Shown here piece by piece: positions 27,704 through 39,700 of a stretch of 64,000 bases of DNA; the first letter of the stretch is position 1, and every line of letters begins with the position of its first letter. A program made the translations under genes and the position numbers. This DNA is from a virus, in IMG/VR virus record IMGVR_UViG_3300008952_003529, one strand, 5' to 3'. A model generated the notes under the pieces. The model was not told where the DNA came from. It ran no database searches and saw only the letters and a program-made list of their open reading frames with translations.

Positions 27704-30321
27704 TGGCGAAATATGAAATAATCACTCCCCATGGTGTCGAAGCACCATACAGTCTAACGGGATCCATGTACGTAGGCGGCCCACCTTTTGATGGCTACTA
27801 TACCGCTGGGTCATCTTTGGTTGGCTGGTGGCGCTTCCAGGATTTAACGTCTTTCCCTTCTTCTGGCGACGCGCCAGACTCAAGTGGTCAAGATAATCCC
27901 GCGACGAGTTTTAAAGCCAAGAGACCAGATTTTTCGATATCGTCCCCAGGCGATAGAATTCAACCAAATTCTGTATTATTAACCCAATCACCAGATATAC
28001 AATCTGCCACCATCAAAGATCTCGCGGCAGATTCTGTTCTTTCATTCGGGGACGGGGAAACAGATAGTTCATTTTCAATTGCCGCGCGCGTACGGAGACC
28101 GTCTCTATCGTTAAATGGTGCGTACGGGACGATTATTCACAAGGGAAAAGAAAATTCCGCTGATGAAGTAGAGTACCAGCTTGTACTTTGGGACAATAAC
28201 ACAGACGGTGCCTCGAGGGTGCAATTTAAAATTGGTGATCGTTCTGAAGAAGCTTTTCTGCGAGTTCAGAGTCCTGCGGAGTCATTAACGGCCGATGAGT
28301 GGCATAGCGTAGTTGTGACGTATGACGGAACAGCCAAGGCAACTCTAGATGATGGTGGCAGCTCTATAAATTGTATGGCAATATACATCGATGGACGGCC
28401 TCAGCCGCTGGAAGATAATTCTCTTAATCCCCTGTTATATGTAGCGATGGAGGGATCGACCGAACGTTTTCGGATGGGCGCTCGAGGAAGTGGTGGAGGT
28501 GCGAACGGTTTCGAGGGGAACCTGGCAGACATAGCAATATGGAATAGGGAGTTAACTGAAATTGAGATAGCTGCGATCGCGAATGCAGCAAGTGGTCCGA
28601 TTTATTGGTCATATCGAAACTTCCACCTTGTAGGATATGGTCAGCGGCTTTCACCCACTGGATCACAAGAACGCCTGTCTCTTCAAGGTTTGGACGCGCG
28701 TCCAGATGATGTATATTTCCCAAGCCTGCTTCCTCGTATTCGTCAAGGCGCTCCAATGTCGATATGGAGACAGGGCGAAAAGATATCTGACAAGTATTTT
28801 GATGACACTTTGTCCTTCCCCCATTCAGGGTCTACAAGTCTCCGCGGCGAAAATGATGTCAAGATTAATATGCGGATGAATTTTGAGTGGGAAAAGCTCA
28901 ACTTTGGTCAAGCACCGGTAGTTCAGCAGGGGGAATCTTTTGTTGAGACTAACCCCTTCAATGCAGTAGACTTTATTACATCACCCGAAAGTACCTTCTG
29001 GCCCGTAAATTTATTCAACCTTGGGTCTCTACTCGATCATGAGTTCGACGGTGTAATAGAGCCACTAGACATTCGTTCTGAACTTCTTGGATTGGTTCGC
29101 TCTAGATTCGAGGGGCATTCTGTCCGCGGCTCGCTTATGGGTCCTGCTAGCGAAACATACTTTGGTAGCAAGCTTATTGTTGACAAGTGGCGCTCTGATG
29201 ACGGAAAGACTCCATTTTTTCTCGATGCACCAATTAACTGGAGCGAGCTAACACCAAGCGCATCAGCGACATGGGACAGTTTGCCGGTGGCGGTTTATTC
29301 TAATATAACGACCGAGCCGGATCGACCGTTTGTTGATCACGATGCGTTTGAGCAGACCGTTTCTACTTTGGTAATGAATAACCCACAGCTGCCTGGTGGA
29401 ATTATCCCCTATAATTTAGCTTTATCCCCTCCAGGTTTTTCCTTTGGTAGTCAGCTTTCGTTACCATGGGCCAATGAATTGTTGGCTTGGTGGAGACTAA
29501 ACCGCGAAAGTAGCAGTGGGGGTACAGTACCCGATTCGTCAGGTAATGGTCGTGACGCGACATTCTCTTCCACTCCCACTGTTACTTCAGCAGAAACGCC
29601 AATGCCGTATATTCAAGAGACTGTTCAGCAATTCGTCAATGAGAGTGACAAAATCTTCCTCGGGACCGATGCAGTCTGGGAGCCGCTGATCGGTGGCGCC
29701 GGGGATGATGCAAAACCATTTTCAATATCTGCTTGGTTTAATGCGCAAGCGCTGGGAAGCTCGTTCCCCCACGCCGGGAAATTAATAGAGTTTGGTTTCG
29801 CCAGCAGAACAATCATCACCACCCATCCTATTGATCCCGACTACGATCTCGGCCTGAGGTTTGACTGTGGCGCCGGCACCCCCCCCAGGACCCAAGACAT
29901 ATTCTTTAATACGTGGTATCACATGGTTTGGACATATTCTGGTGGGTCCAACCACGGTGGAAACAAGAAAGCAAGGGTATACATCAATGGCGTCCAGCAT
30001 GACGTTGAGACCCAGACAGCTATAGCTATAGCATCAGGTCACGGGTATCTTGGGGGTGATCACGATGGAGGAAGCGGATGGGCGGGCTATATTGCTGATG
30101 TGAGTATATGGAGTCGCAGACTACTGTGGGCTGAAGTTCAAGCGCTTTACAGTGCACGAAACGGTATATCCAGATATGATTTAAAGGACGACACGCTGAT
30201 AGCGGCGATGCGTCAAATGAACTCAACAGCATATCCCACTATCGATCATGCCGAACGGCGTGCTAATCATGGATTTTACTTCGGACAAAATGCTGGTTCA
30301 ATTGTGTATGGAGATGAGTAG
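27703..30321 (+). CDS. Virion protein with two LamG/concanavalin-like domains
   Basis: LVGWWRF...SFSIAARV...WHSVVVTYDG...FEGNLADIAIWNRELT, repeated as LLAWWRL...FSISAWF...WYHMVWTYSG...WAGYIADVSIWSRRL. Confidence 0.8.
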   Translation: MAKYEIITPHGVEAPYSLTGSMYVGGPPFDGYYTAGSSLVGWWRFQDLTSFPSSGDAPDSSGQDNPATSFKAKRPDFSISSPGDRIQPNSVLLTQSPDIQSATIKDLAADSVLSFGDGETDSSFSIAARVRRPSLSLNGAYGTIIHKGKENSADEVEYQLVLWDNNTDGASRVQFKIGDRSEEAFLRVQSPAESLTADEWHSVVVTYDGTAKATLDDGGSSINCMAIYIDGRPQPLEDNSLNPLLYVAMEGSTERFRMGARGSGGGANGFEGNLADIAIWNRELTEIEIAAIANAASGPIYWSYRNFHLVGYGQRLSPTGSQERLSLQGLDARPDDVYFPSLLPRIRQGAPMSIWRQGEKISDKYFDDTLSFPHSGSTSLRGENDVKINMRMNFEWEKLNFGQAPVVQQGESFVETNPFNAVDFITSPESTFWPVNLFNLGSLLDHEFDGVIEPLDIRSELLGLVRSRFEGHSVRGSLMGPASETYFGSKLIVDKWRSDDGKTPFFLDAPINWSELTPSASATWDSLPVAVYSNITTEPDRPFVDHDAFEQTVSTLVMNNPQLPGGIIPYNLALSPPGFSFGSQLSLPWANELLAWWRLNRESSSGGTVPDSSGNGRDATFSSTPTVTSAETPMPYIQETVQQFVNESDKIFLGTDAVWEPLIGGAGDDAKPFSISAWFNAQALGSSFPHAGKLIEFGFASRTIITTHPIDPDYDLGLRFDCGAGTPPRTQDIFFNTWYHMVWTYSGGSNHGGNKKARVYINGVQHDVETQTAIAIASGHGYLGGDHDGGSGWAGYIADVSIWSRRLLWAEVQALYSARNGISRYDLKDDTLIAAMRQMNSTAYPTIDHAERRANHGFYFGQNAGSIVYGDE

Positions 30322-30323
30322 CG

Positions 30324-33300
30324 ATGTTTAACACAAAGAATCAATGGATCTGGCCAGACCTTTCAAGATATGTTTCTTCGATTGGAAGCCACGGCAAGCG
30401 ATGGGAATTGAAACCCATTTGTAAAGCTTACTATAGATTTAATGAGTGGTCCGCATCAGGTGAGCCAGGGTTTAAAGATCGTGCCGGCGCCCAAGAACCA
30501 CTGATGATAGTCACCGGCAGTGGAACTGCTGGAACCACCTCAACGACATATCCGCCAATCCTTCCATATAATAAGGAGATGTTGCCCTTAGATTTTGACA
30601 AGTCATTAGCTGGCAGCTTACCAAAGTTTACTCCCACTTCATTAGAGCTTGTTCCTAACTCTGAAACTCGAGTTGCACGTCCGCTTGTCATGAAGTGTTT
30701 TGACTTCGGAACCCGCGACCGCCGCTTTTTACTGAGCAACACTCTTAAGAATATTGACACCACTTTCCTCCAGGAAGAGTATACATTCGTTACAAGGGTA
30801 TGTGTTACTTCACCTGCCGGCGATCCAGAGCTTATATTTTCACTATCAGAATTTAATCTGACCTTATTGTCTCTTTCTTGTACATCAGCGTCAGCGACAC
30901 AATATACTTTGGGAGCGAAGGTCTTTGATACGGTCGGCACCACTGAGTCCGTTTCAGGAAACCTCTATTATGATAAATGGTACACTGCCTTTATTTCTGT
31001 AAGGGGCCCAACTGCTTCTACGGCTGGTCAGGTAAAACTGAGTGTGTGGGAAATGACAGACGGAACTCGTACTGCGGTACCGACCGTCACCGCAATTACC
31101 GCTGGAAAAACTCTTCTTAGTCTCACATCTCCTAGAATATTCGTCGGATACGGAGACCCGACTTCTGCTCCTAATCCTTCATTCCCTCCAGGCGAATCGA
31201 ATAATTGGGGACATCATTCCAAAATTTTTGAGTTAGCAATTCTTGGAAATTGGACTTCTAGTGAATTAAACCAGGCGATCGCATCAGGATGGTCTGACGA
31301 AACTCTTACCGGACATCCTCGTCTTTTCACAAATTGGACATCTGGGTTTGATAGCGAAAAAGCTAGAAAAGCATTACGATTGATGGACGACGCAAGAGCA
31401 GCTTATCCATCGATAGTAAGAACCGGTGACGGAACCCGGTTAGGGAACCAACCAGTATCACCATTTAACGATGATAATACGCTAATTTTTACCGCTAGCT
31501 CTCATTTGCGCTTTCCAGAAATGTTGCCCGAAGACTTATTTGCTGACAGCGGAGCTGGTGGTAGTCTGGAGAGGTATTCTAGAAAGAATTTAACGCACAC
31601 TTCACCGACCGATCTCGGTGCCGACCCATGGATAATTGCCTCCGGCAGTGTCAGACCCGGTATTATGTCTAGAGAAGCATTCATTTTTAATAGAAATGAT
31701 GGGATATATGGTCAGCAATTACAACACAGGAATAGACTAGCTAGCGCGATGCCTCCCTTTGATGATTCCGCCCGTGATACCGCTGTAGAAATAATTCACT
31801 TACCTGCCACACCACTTTCTACCACACTAGGTTTTGATCAACCGCTGGGTAGCAGAATCGCGATTGTTATAGATTTAAACCCCACCCAAGATCTGGCTTT
31901 AGGCCATGTCAGTAGAGACCTTATATTGACAGGATCCGAGGGAGTGGGCGGTGGCTTAGAAAATCGTACTTGTGTACCCGACTTTTCCAATGTAGGTAAG
32001 GCAATCGACAGTATCGCCTATTTTAATTTCGCCAAAAGCCGCTGGGACTTAAAGGGTAGTATTATTGATGACTCTATACTCCCGATGCCATCGAGCCTGG
32101 ACAATTACAAGTCACCCTTTATTGTTTCTTCTTCTCTTGCATTCGGGGCCACAACGGGCTTCGTTGTGAATCCAGATGCAGAGGATCCAGTCTTACCCTT
32201 AATGGCGCGAGGACGACCGACTGATACTTTTGGATTTCCGTTTGATGAAAAGTGGTCACCACAGCGTGAACAGAAATTAAATTTGGCAAAATATATTTCT
32301 GCTCCTTTCTTGTTAGAGAAAATGGTCATTAAGCATGACATAGAATTCTATGAGGCGGGTGATGAGGGGCTTGGATATATGATAAGGGAAAAGAAGAGTC
32401 CGTCGGATGGATCTTTTCTTGCTCATTCTTCATCAAGAGCGGGAGACACTGTCCCCAATTATGCTCGCGTCGATGTGACCGTGCAACCTCCACAAGGGTC
32501 GCTCTGGACCACCGCCACCGCATCCTGGCAGGATTTATTTTATGCCGGTACATCTCGTTCCGATAAACTTACATACGGTCGATTTCCCCTTATGGGAGGG
32601 ATGAGAGGAAGCGGCGGCGTCGCAGCAGGGATAAGAGGCGGCTTGTTAATGCCGTCTGATGATAGCAAGTATAAGGTTGTACCCAATGTCCTTCTTCCGC
32701 TTGAGGAAAACGGCGCTCCCTGGCGTCGGTTTCCAGCAGACAAATCGTTATACATTAATGCCGACATAGAAGAGATCGAACTAACAGCTGGGCAAACACC
32801 TGGCGGAGCAGCATTCTGGCGTGCCGATACTTTCTTCTTACTTCGTGACACAGTGGGTCGGGTTAACCGAGTAACAGAACGAACCCCTCCAGATGCTTTC
32901 TTGACCGGCGCATCGAGAGGACGATGGTGGCCACGTGGAGTGTTCGACAACGCGCAAACCACCGAAGGCTGGCCTTATTCGATTCCACAACGTTATACAG
33001 TCAACTCGGTATCTTCCGGTTCAATTCGAGAGCTTATTACCTACGCGCAAATAGCTCACTGTGGTTATGTAAGAACAGACATGAATAGTCAAGCTCTTAA
33101 GAGCGGCTCTACGTGGCAAGAAACCCATCCCCTCCGCGCCGGTGCTATGCACTACCCTCGGCAGAACAGAACGGGCACTCCATTTACAATAGCTGGTCAA
33201 GAGAGATGGGAACAACCACTAGACAATGCTGCCTGGAGCGGCGCCGCCGAAGCCTGGCGAAACTACGATTCTCGAGGGTACCCACATCATGGCCAGACCT

Positions 33301-36300
33301 CTGCTGAAATGGGGGACCAGCCCCCAATGTGGGCAAACATTGTGGGATACGTCCAAGACGATACCGGATACCCCGGCCCCACAATCACGCTGCAGGGATT
33401 CGAGCCAACGTGGCCGAGTCCCCACCCTTGGGATACGCAGCCGGCTACGGGTTGGTTCTCTGAAAACACGTGGGAATCTCAGTTCGTTAATGCGGTGTAT
33501 CCGTACCAGGCTCAATACCATCCCCTTGGTCTTGATGATTGTGTTGTAGGTATCCCCAATGGTCCCCAACAGTTTCCAGGAAAAGAATTTGTGGTAGATG
33601 CTACCGGCAATGCCAACTATGGCGTCCCCAGCGCCGAACACAAATGGTCTCGGGCATTTAACGGCCAGTGGCACTCGGGCAGCCGCGAAACAGGTGGGGG
33701 TTCTTTTATATCAAACCCTGTTATGTTCGTTTCAGAATCAGCTGTTCTGGCACGAGCCAATATTGATGAGGACCATGGCGCATATGATTTCGCGTTGTAT
33801 GGAGGATTTAATACTCCGGGGAAGATTACCAGAAAGACTTTACTTGATGCCGGCTTAAGACGAGATTTAACGATCCAATTAGAAGAGGGTAATCGCTTCG
33901 TAAGACTCCTCACAGCAGACCCCCACCCGGGAATGCTCGGGTGGTGTGATCTTCCTCCGTGGACTTATAGTTTGGATGGTAATATCTCATTCACGACTGT
34001 CAATTGGGAAAAGCTCCAGCCAACGTCAGCATACATCGTCGCGACCGCAAGTAGAGCAGCCTATCAATCCGGACACAATCTTCCACTTTCTCCAGATATA
34101 GCTGTCCTAAATTCTGGTACCTTCACAATTGTGTCAGACATTAAGAACAACACAAAGGGCGGCGCTATTTCAGGTCTAACATATCGTAGCGCGTTCCCAC
34201 AGCACGGCCATAAGCTGGTTTCTGGCTATGACTATATTCCCCCCGTCAACTGGCACTTCGACGGCTCAGGAGGTACCACCGACGGTTGGGATAAAGCATT
34301 TTCTCAAGTTCAAACACCATTACCAGTTATTCCTCCAAATATTCTGTGCAGCGTAAAATCCCTCACATACCCTCGAGAAGGAGGATGGACAGCTGGACTC
34401 GAAGAGCTTAGTCCTGTGAATCCCACAATGCGAAGTCTTGGAATGTCTTCAGGCAGGTCTTATATTCGTGGAGTAGTTGGGACGATCGAGACGACACAAA
34501 AAGGATGGTACGCTGCTCCAGCTAGAGATCTCACGCCTCCGACCTACTTTGACGCTGGTACCGGCCCCTATGGATGGTCCGGACCTGTTGGTGCTGCCCA
34601 CTTTACGCAACAGCACGATTTTAAAACAGCGTTTGGGGCGAACAATCAAAATTGCTTTCTCGGACAATTACTTCCTTATGCATTAGGTTATGATACCAGA
34701 AACTGGGTTACGTGTTTTCCAAACCTTGGAGAGAACTCCGTCTTCATCGGCAACAATGAGGCAGGAGTACAAAATGCTCCAACATTTTCTGCGAATCATC
34801 CACCATTTTGTCTGGGGATAATGCAGCAACTGTCATCTTCATACTCAAGGGAGTACGTCTATAACTCTCCATATCTCCTGTTTCCCAGCGATGATCTGGT
34901 TTTTGGTTTTCAACCTGCCATTGGGGGCGGAAACGAAGGCGCTCCAAGAGCAATCAACACGCCTTCAGGTCCGTTTAGTCTGTCAGATGGAGACGGTTAT
35001 CAGGGGGTACAGTCAAACAATTATAGAGATGGTACTTGTAACGTCCACGAACCTGTTGTTATCAACAACAACTCTTCTTTCGGTGATCCATTCCCCGTGC
35101 TCGTAGACCCAAAAGGGACGGGCGGCCCTCCAAGACGTGCAGATTTGGGCGACCTGTGTGGAAACAAAGGTTATCAGTGCTCAGGCGGCGTAAACTCGTA
35201 TAAAGACCTCTCAATGGCCTATCTTGCTGGAAATAATAGAAGCTCACTTTCTGAACAGTTACGCCAGACTATCTTGAAGGGTGGTGACGCAAAGCTTATA
35301 CTCTACGGAACACTGCTAAGAAATCAAAGACCGCTTCCCGCTGAGTTGAATCAGCAGCTTGTAACAAATGCTGTCCATGAAGCTTTACATTATGATAACC
35401 CCGTGCTTGATCAATTTCAGGTACAACAAGAATCAGAATATAAATCCTCTTATTTGACACAATATATTACAGGAAGCCTACAAAGAAGGCCACATCAGCG
35501 AGGTGTTGTAGGAACGTCTTGGGACGGTACCCTTAGCTATAATGCATCATTTAACAGGTTCGTTACACTTACTGATGAAAGTGAAGTATATTGGGATTCA
35601 TTATTACCTGATCCATTCGGAATATGGGATAAGGACGGTGTAGTATTGTCTGACATGGTGGTGGATGATGAAGGCCAAGGCCTCGCCGAGGATGTCAATA
35701 AGCTGGGCGGCATTTACATTTTCGCACTGGGCTCTTATTACAGCAGCCCGAACTGGAACCCCGCTGCCGAGGCCATCAATTTTGTGTGGAACAGGGCTTT
35801 TCCGTTTGAGGCAAGATATTCGGAAGTCTTACGCTCATTGGTAGATCCAGCCGCGGAATTTGGGATTGCTAGACGAGCATACGCCCTTGGTGGATACCCT
35901 ACATTCACACCAAAACGCGTCGCTTGGCCACTAAATCGTGATAATGGTCGTCCCGGTGTAGTGGTTGGTAACTCGCATCAAACAACATGGGCTATGAATG
36001 GTGAAATACACCCGCTTGGTATAGGTAATGTTGATGCCCCATGGGTCACAAAGCAAGCTAGAACAACCCCCTCCATTGGAAACGCTGCATATCTCTTTGG
36101 GTTTTGTAGAACTCAAGGGTTGTATGGCGATCCAGACTCACAGTATAGTGGGACGTCCCCTTATAGCGATACTACCCCACCGCAATATGGCGGTATGTAT
36201 TATATCGAGGACGGAGTGACTTATTTACCACTCACTGATATCGAGCCCCGACCCGGGCGATGGGACCATCCAGAAGGTGTAAAGTACGGATTGAAGAATT

Positions 36301-36650
36301 ATGTGTGGCAATCGACAGCGGGAGTTTTCCGGTCGGATCGCTACGGACAATTACGAGACATGCTAGAACAAAGAAGGTACACCAAGGTTTTCCATCGAGG
36401 CGATGATGATATCGACCGCGGTGAAAAAGACGCCGCAGTCTCTTGTATCTTTGTCGATAGCGATGGAAATCCAGTCGATGATCCAACGACAACGCAATGC
36501 TTGAACATCAGTACATTTATGACTTCTTCTATTCCTTATTTTGAGGGCATCTCTCAGAGAGTAATTCCGCCATCTCAATTTATATCGATAAGCATTAATG
36601 ATGCCTCGGCGGTAAGCTTAAGAACAACGCCTACGAGATCAAGCCGATAA
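30324..36650 (+). CDS. 2108-aa putative virion structural protein (N-terminal LamG-like domain, G/P/W-rich interior)
   Basis: Single uninterrupted ORF; KAYYRFNE...YDKWYTAFI LamG-like start; tail-module context. Confidence 0.7.
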   Translation: MFNTKNQWIWPDLSRYVSSIGSHGKRWELKPICKAYYRFNEWSASGEPGFKDRAGAQEPLMIVTGSGTAGTTSTTYPPILPYNKEMLPLDFDKSLAGSLPKFTPTSLELVPNSETRVARPLVMKCFDFGTRDRRFLLSNTLKNIDTTFLQEEYTFVTRVCVTSPAGDPELIFSLSEFNLTLLSLSCTSASATQYTLGAKVFDTVGTTESVSGNLYYDKWYTAFISVRGPTASTAGQVKLSVWEMTDGTRTAVPTVTAITAGKTLLSLTSPRIFVGYGDPTSAPNPSFPPGESNNWGHHSKIFELAILGNWTSSELNQAIASGWSDETLTGHPRLFTNWTSGFDSEKARKALRLMDDARAAYPSIVRTGDGTRLGNQPVSPFNDDNTLIFTASSHLRFPEMLPEDLFADSGAGGSLERYSRKNLTHTSPTDLGADPWIIASGSVRPGIMSREAFIFNRNDGIYGQQLQHRNRLASAMPPFDDSARDTAVEIIHLPATPLSTTLGFDQPLGSRIAIVIDLNPTQDLALGHVSRDLILTGSEGVGGGLENRTCVPDFSNVGKAIDSIAYFNFAKSRWDLKGSIIDDSILPMPSSLDNYKSPFIVSSSLAFGATTGFVVNPDAEDPVLPLMARGRPTDTFGFPFDEKWSPQREQKLNLAKYISAPFLLEKMVIKHDIEFYEAGDEGLGYMIREKKSPSDGSFLAHSSSRAGDTVPNYARVDVTVQPPQGSLWTTATASWQDLFYAGTSRSDKLTYGRFPLMGGMRGSGGVAAGIRGGLLMPSDDSKYKVVPNVLLPLEENGAPWRRFPADKSLYINADIEEIELTAGQTPGGAAFWRADTFFLLRDTVGRVNRVTERTPPDAFLTGASRGRWWPRGVFDNAQTTEGWPYSIPQRYTVNSVSSGSIRELITYAQIAHCGYVRTDMNSQALKSGSTWQETHPLRAGAMHYPRQNRTGTPFTIAGQERWEQPLDNAAWSGAAEAWRNYDSRGYPHHGQTSAEMGDQPPMWANIVGYVQDDTGYPGPTITLQGFEPTWPSPHPWDTQPATGWFSENTWESQFVNAVYPYQAQYHPLGLDDCVVGIPNGPQQFPGKEFVVDATGNANYGVPSAEHKWSRAFNGQWHSGSRETGGGSFISNPVMFVSESAVLARANIDEDHGAYDFALYGGFNTPGKITRKTLLDAGLRRDLTIQLEEGNRFVRLLTADPHPGMLGWCDLPPWTYSLDGNISFTTVNWEKLQPTSAYIVATASRAAYQSGHNLPLSPDIAVLNSGTFTIVSDIKNNTKGGAISGLTYRSAFPQHGHKLVSGYDYIPPVNWHFDGSGGTTDGWDKAFSQVQTPLPVIPPNILCSVKSLTYPREGGWTAGLEELSPVNPTMRSLGMSSGRSYIRGVVGTIETTQKGWYAAPARDLTPPTYFDAGTGPYGWSGPVGAAHFTQQHDFKTAFGANNQNCFLGQLLPYALGYDTRNWVTCFPNLGENSVFIGNNEAGVQNAPTFSANHPPFCLGIMQQLSSSYSREYVYNSPYLLFPSDDLVFGFQPAIGGGNEGAPRAINTPSGPFSLSDGDGYQGVQSNNYRDGTCNVHEPVVINNNSSFGDPFPVLVDPKGTGGPPRRADLGDLCGNKGYQCSGGVNSYKDLSMAYLAGNNRSSLSEQLRQTILKGGDAKLILYGTLLRNQRPLPAELNQQLVTNAVHEALHYDNPVLDQFQVQQESEYKSSYLTQYITGSLQRRPHQRGVVGTSWDGTLSYNASFNRFVTLTDESEVYWDSLLPDPFGIWDKDGVVLSDMVVDDEGQGLAEDVNKLGGIYIFALGSYYSSPNWNPAAEAINFVWNRAFPFEARYSEVLRSLVDPAAEFGIARRAYALGGYPTFTPKRVAWPLNRDNGRPGVVVGNSHQTTWAMNGEIHPLGIGNVDAPWVTKQARTTPSIGNAAYLFGFCRTQGLYGDPDSQYSGTSPYSDTTPPQYGGMYYIEDGVTYLPLTDIEPRPGRWDHPEGVKYGLKNYVWQSTAGVFRSDRYGQLRDMLEQRRYTKVFHRGDDDIDRGEKDAAVSCIFVDSDGNPVDDPTTTQCLNISTFMTSSIPYFEGISQRVIPPSQFISISINDASAVSLRTTPTRSSR

Positions 36651-36698
36651 TTTTTTAGTCACCCTCGGCCCACCGTTTCCATCTTACGCGAGAGATGA

Positions 36699-36706
36699 AT
36701 AGTTAA
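36699..36706 (+). promoter_or_regulatory. Candidate late-promoter motif ATAGTTAA
   Basis: Intergenic, 21 nt before the TTG start at 36728, followed by AGGAGGA. Confidence 0.55.
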
Positions 36707-36727
36707 GAAGGCCAGGAGGAATCTTAA

Positions 36728-39700
36728 TTGCCGCGCGAGTCAAAGAGCGATCTAAGAAAATCTGATTTTTTGATTATTAGATCAAAAACAGACGGTTCTA
36801 TTGTGAAAATCGTGTCACCCCAGCATTTCCAGGTGGGGTTTGATGATGCTGATTTTGAGCGTGTTGTTTTGGTCAATGGCACGGTCAAATCAACAATGGG
36901 TGTTTATTCCCCGGCATTCTCTGGGTCGTTACAAACGTTGATGGATGGTACATCTTATCTACGTGAGGGTAACAACGTATCAATCACCTCTGGCTCTGAT
37001 GGATCAATTACGATAGCCGCAGGCACGGCTGGCATTGCACACTCTTTAACAGGTGGCGGCGCATCAAAGGGAATAAAAGCTTTTGATTACGATGGCACTT
37101 CGGCTAAAGAGGTTGAAGTTGATTTAGATACTATCAATGGTGGCCTTGGCTTTTCTAAGTGGGGTCTGGCTGTGATACCCTCTAAGGCCAACTCTATTCT
37201 TGATTCCGAAGATCTTTCTCAATCAGATCTATTGGTTATTGAAGATGTCACCGACGCCGATGAGGGTGTTAAGAAAATTACGGTGGGTGACTTAATGTCT
37301 GCCGCCACTACAGGGGTGCTTAGTAACGCTATAACGTTTGGTAACGGAATATACGATTCTGCGAACGCGGCAGCTTCGTACAACAATAGCGCTGCAGCAA
37401 CGATAGCAGTTGATCTTCAGACAGACCCAGGTTTATCATTTAGCCAACAAAAATTAGGGGTGCTATTAAATGGAGCCACGATAAGCAACGGTGCGTCAGG
37501 CTTGAGCGTTGCGAGTGTCCCCAGCGCAGTGACTTGGGGTGTAGGACTTTTATCCACCGTAGGCAATTCATTTGATGGTTCTGCCGCCACAACAGTATCA
37601 ATTGATACAGGAATAATACCTGCCCTCGGAACGCCAAACACATTTACGGGTGTCAATACATTCTCTTCTCTAGCTGGTGGCGGAATTATTGGCTCGATAC
37701 AAGAGGTATCACCCGGTACTGACTATCTGGTTGGTGGTAGTAATGTTACAATTACAAAAGACCTTCCCGGAGCCGGCCAGATAACGATAGCTGCTTCCAT
37801 GGGAACGGGCGGCGATCTGACTCAAGGTTCTGGAATCCAGACCTTTCTCTATAATGGAACAGCCCCTGCAACAGTGGCCTTAGATGCTACATCCCTAGCA
37901 GTGTCAGGTGATAGAACGTCATATGTTTTTCTTTCTGATGGAGGAACCACAATAACTAAGCGCACTGTGGCAACCCTAGTGGATCTAGCAGATAGAACTG
38001 CTCTAGTTGCTTCAAAGGTAGGTGGGGGAATAACTGTTGAGTTCCCCGGGTCAACTGTTCCAGCACAATTTTCTATTGATAGTGATGGAACAACACTCCA
38101 GGTTGGCAGCAGTGGATTAGAAGTTAAAAAGGTTCCGTATAACTTAACTCAAACAACTGGGATCGCGACATTTTCATTTAATGGATCGTCTGCGCAGACT
38201 GTGGGTATCGACACCGGTGTGGTACCCCGGAAGGGTGTCGATAATACCTGGACGGGTCAAAATACATTCGGTGTATCCACCACCGCTGGTTTGACGGGTT
38301 CTCTCCAAGAAGTGACCGCCGGCGTGCCCTATCTCGCAACCGGCACAGGCATGAGTATTACTACATCATCAAATGGCCAGGTTGTTATTTCTACAAACGG
38401 AGAAGAAGTAACAGGTATAACGGCTGGTGATGGATTGTCTGGGACCCGTACAGGAGGTGATGTAACGTTAGCTGTTGATTTAGCGCCCCACCCGGGTCTT
38501 GAATTTAGCACTGGAAAGCTAAAGGTAGATCTCGACGGTAACACACTTTCATTAGGGATCTCTGGGATATCTGTCGCAAGTCTTCCCTCGGCATTATCAC
38601 AAGATGTAGGTATTAATACATTTTCGTTTGACGGCTCAACAGCTAGAACGGTTGGTATCGACACTGCAATCGTTCCACGAAAAAATGTTGACAATACATG
38701 GTCAGGAAAAAATACATTCGGCGTATCCGCTACAGCTGGATTAACAGGCTCTCTACAGGAGGTGACTAATGGAGTGCCCTATCTATTGGCATCCACAGGG
38801 GTCACCATAACCACCGCATCGAACGGCCAAATTACCATCTCTGCTACAGGCACAGGAGGAACAATCACTGGCTTGACCGCAGGTGACGGATTGTCAGGCG
38901 GTGGTAGCTCTGGGAACGTAACAGTGGATATTGATCTTGCTACGGACCCCGGACTTCAATTCACAACTGGGAAACTAGATGCGAAGCTTAACCCTAATGA
39001 TACGATAAGAAAAGATGCCGATGGTCTTGCAGTCAATAAAGTACCGTATGATTTGACCCAAGGCGCAGGAATCAGCTCGTTTGGATTCGATGGTAGCTCT
39101 GGTGGACAAGTTGTTTCAATCGATCAAACCCAAGTTCCAATGCTTGCAAACGACAATACGTGGACAGGCGATAATATATTCTCGGTTGGTTTATCCGGTT
39201 CGTTACAAATGCTAAGCGATGGCAATACGAAGTACATGGCAGGAATCGGTGGTATTAAGATTTCTACGTCATCATTAGGACAAATTTTAGTATCGGGTAG
39301 CGAGGGTAAGATTTATACCGCCGGCCTCGGCTTAGATCTCGCTACAGATCAATTTTCGGTTGATAATGCCATTGTCGCTACCTTGACAGGGTCGCAATTT
39401 AGCGGTGACGTTGGGATTACCGGTTCTTTGGGCGTCGAGGCAAATGCAATTTTCAAGACAGGGTTGTCTGGTTCTCTTCAAATGTTGTCGGATGGTACGA
39501 CGGAGTATCTAGCTGGAATCGGCGGAATAGCTATTACAACTGCCTCAAATGGTCAAATAACGATTAGCGGTAGTGTGGGGCGTGTGTATACGTCAGGGGT
39601 CGGCCTAAGCTTGGAGGAAGATCAGTTCTTTGTAGATAATTCTATTGTAGCAACATTAACTGGGTCTGTTTTTAGTGGAGACCTCATCGCACAAACAGGA

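Noticed and set aside
36651-36727. tRNA or structured ncRNA in the larger intergenic gaps (36651-36727, 43488-43586, 44916-45028)
   Set aside because: No cloverleaf or T-loop motif was seen; the gaps are explained by promoter motifs, RBSs and a terminator.
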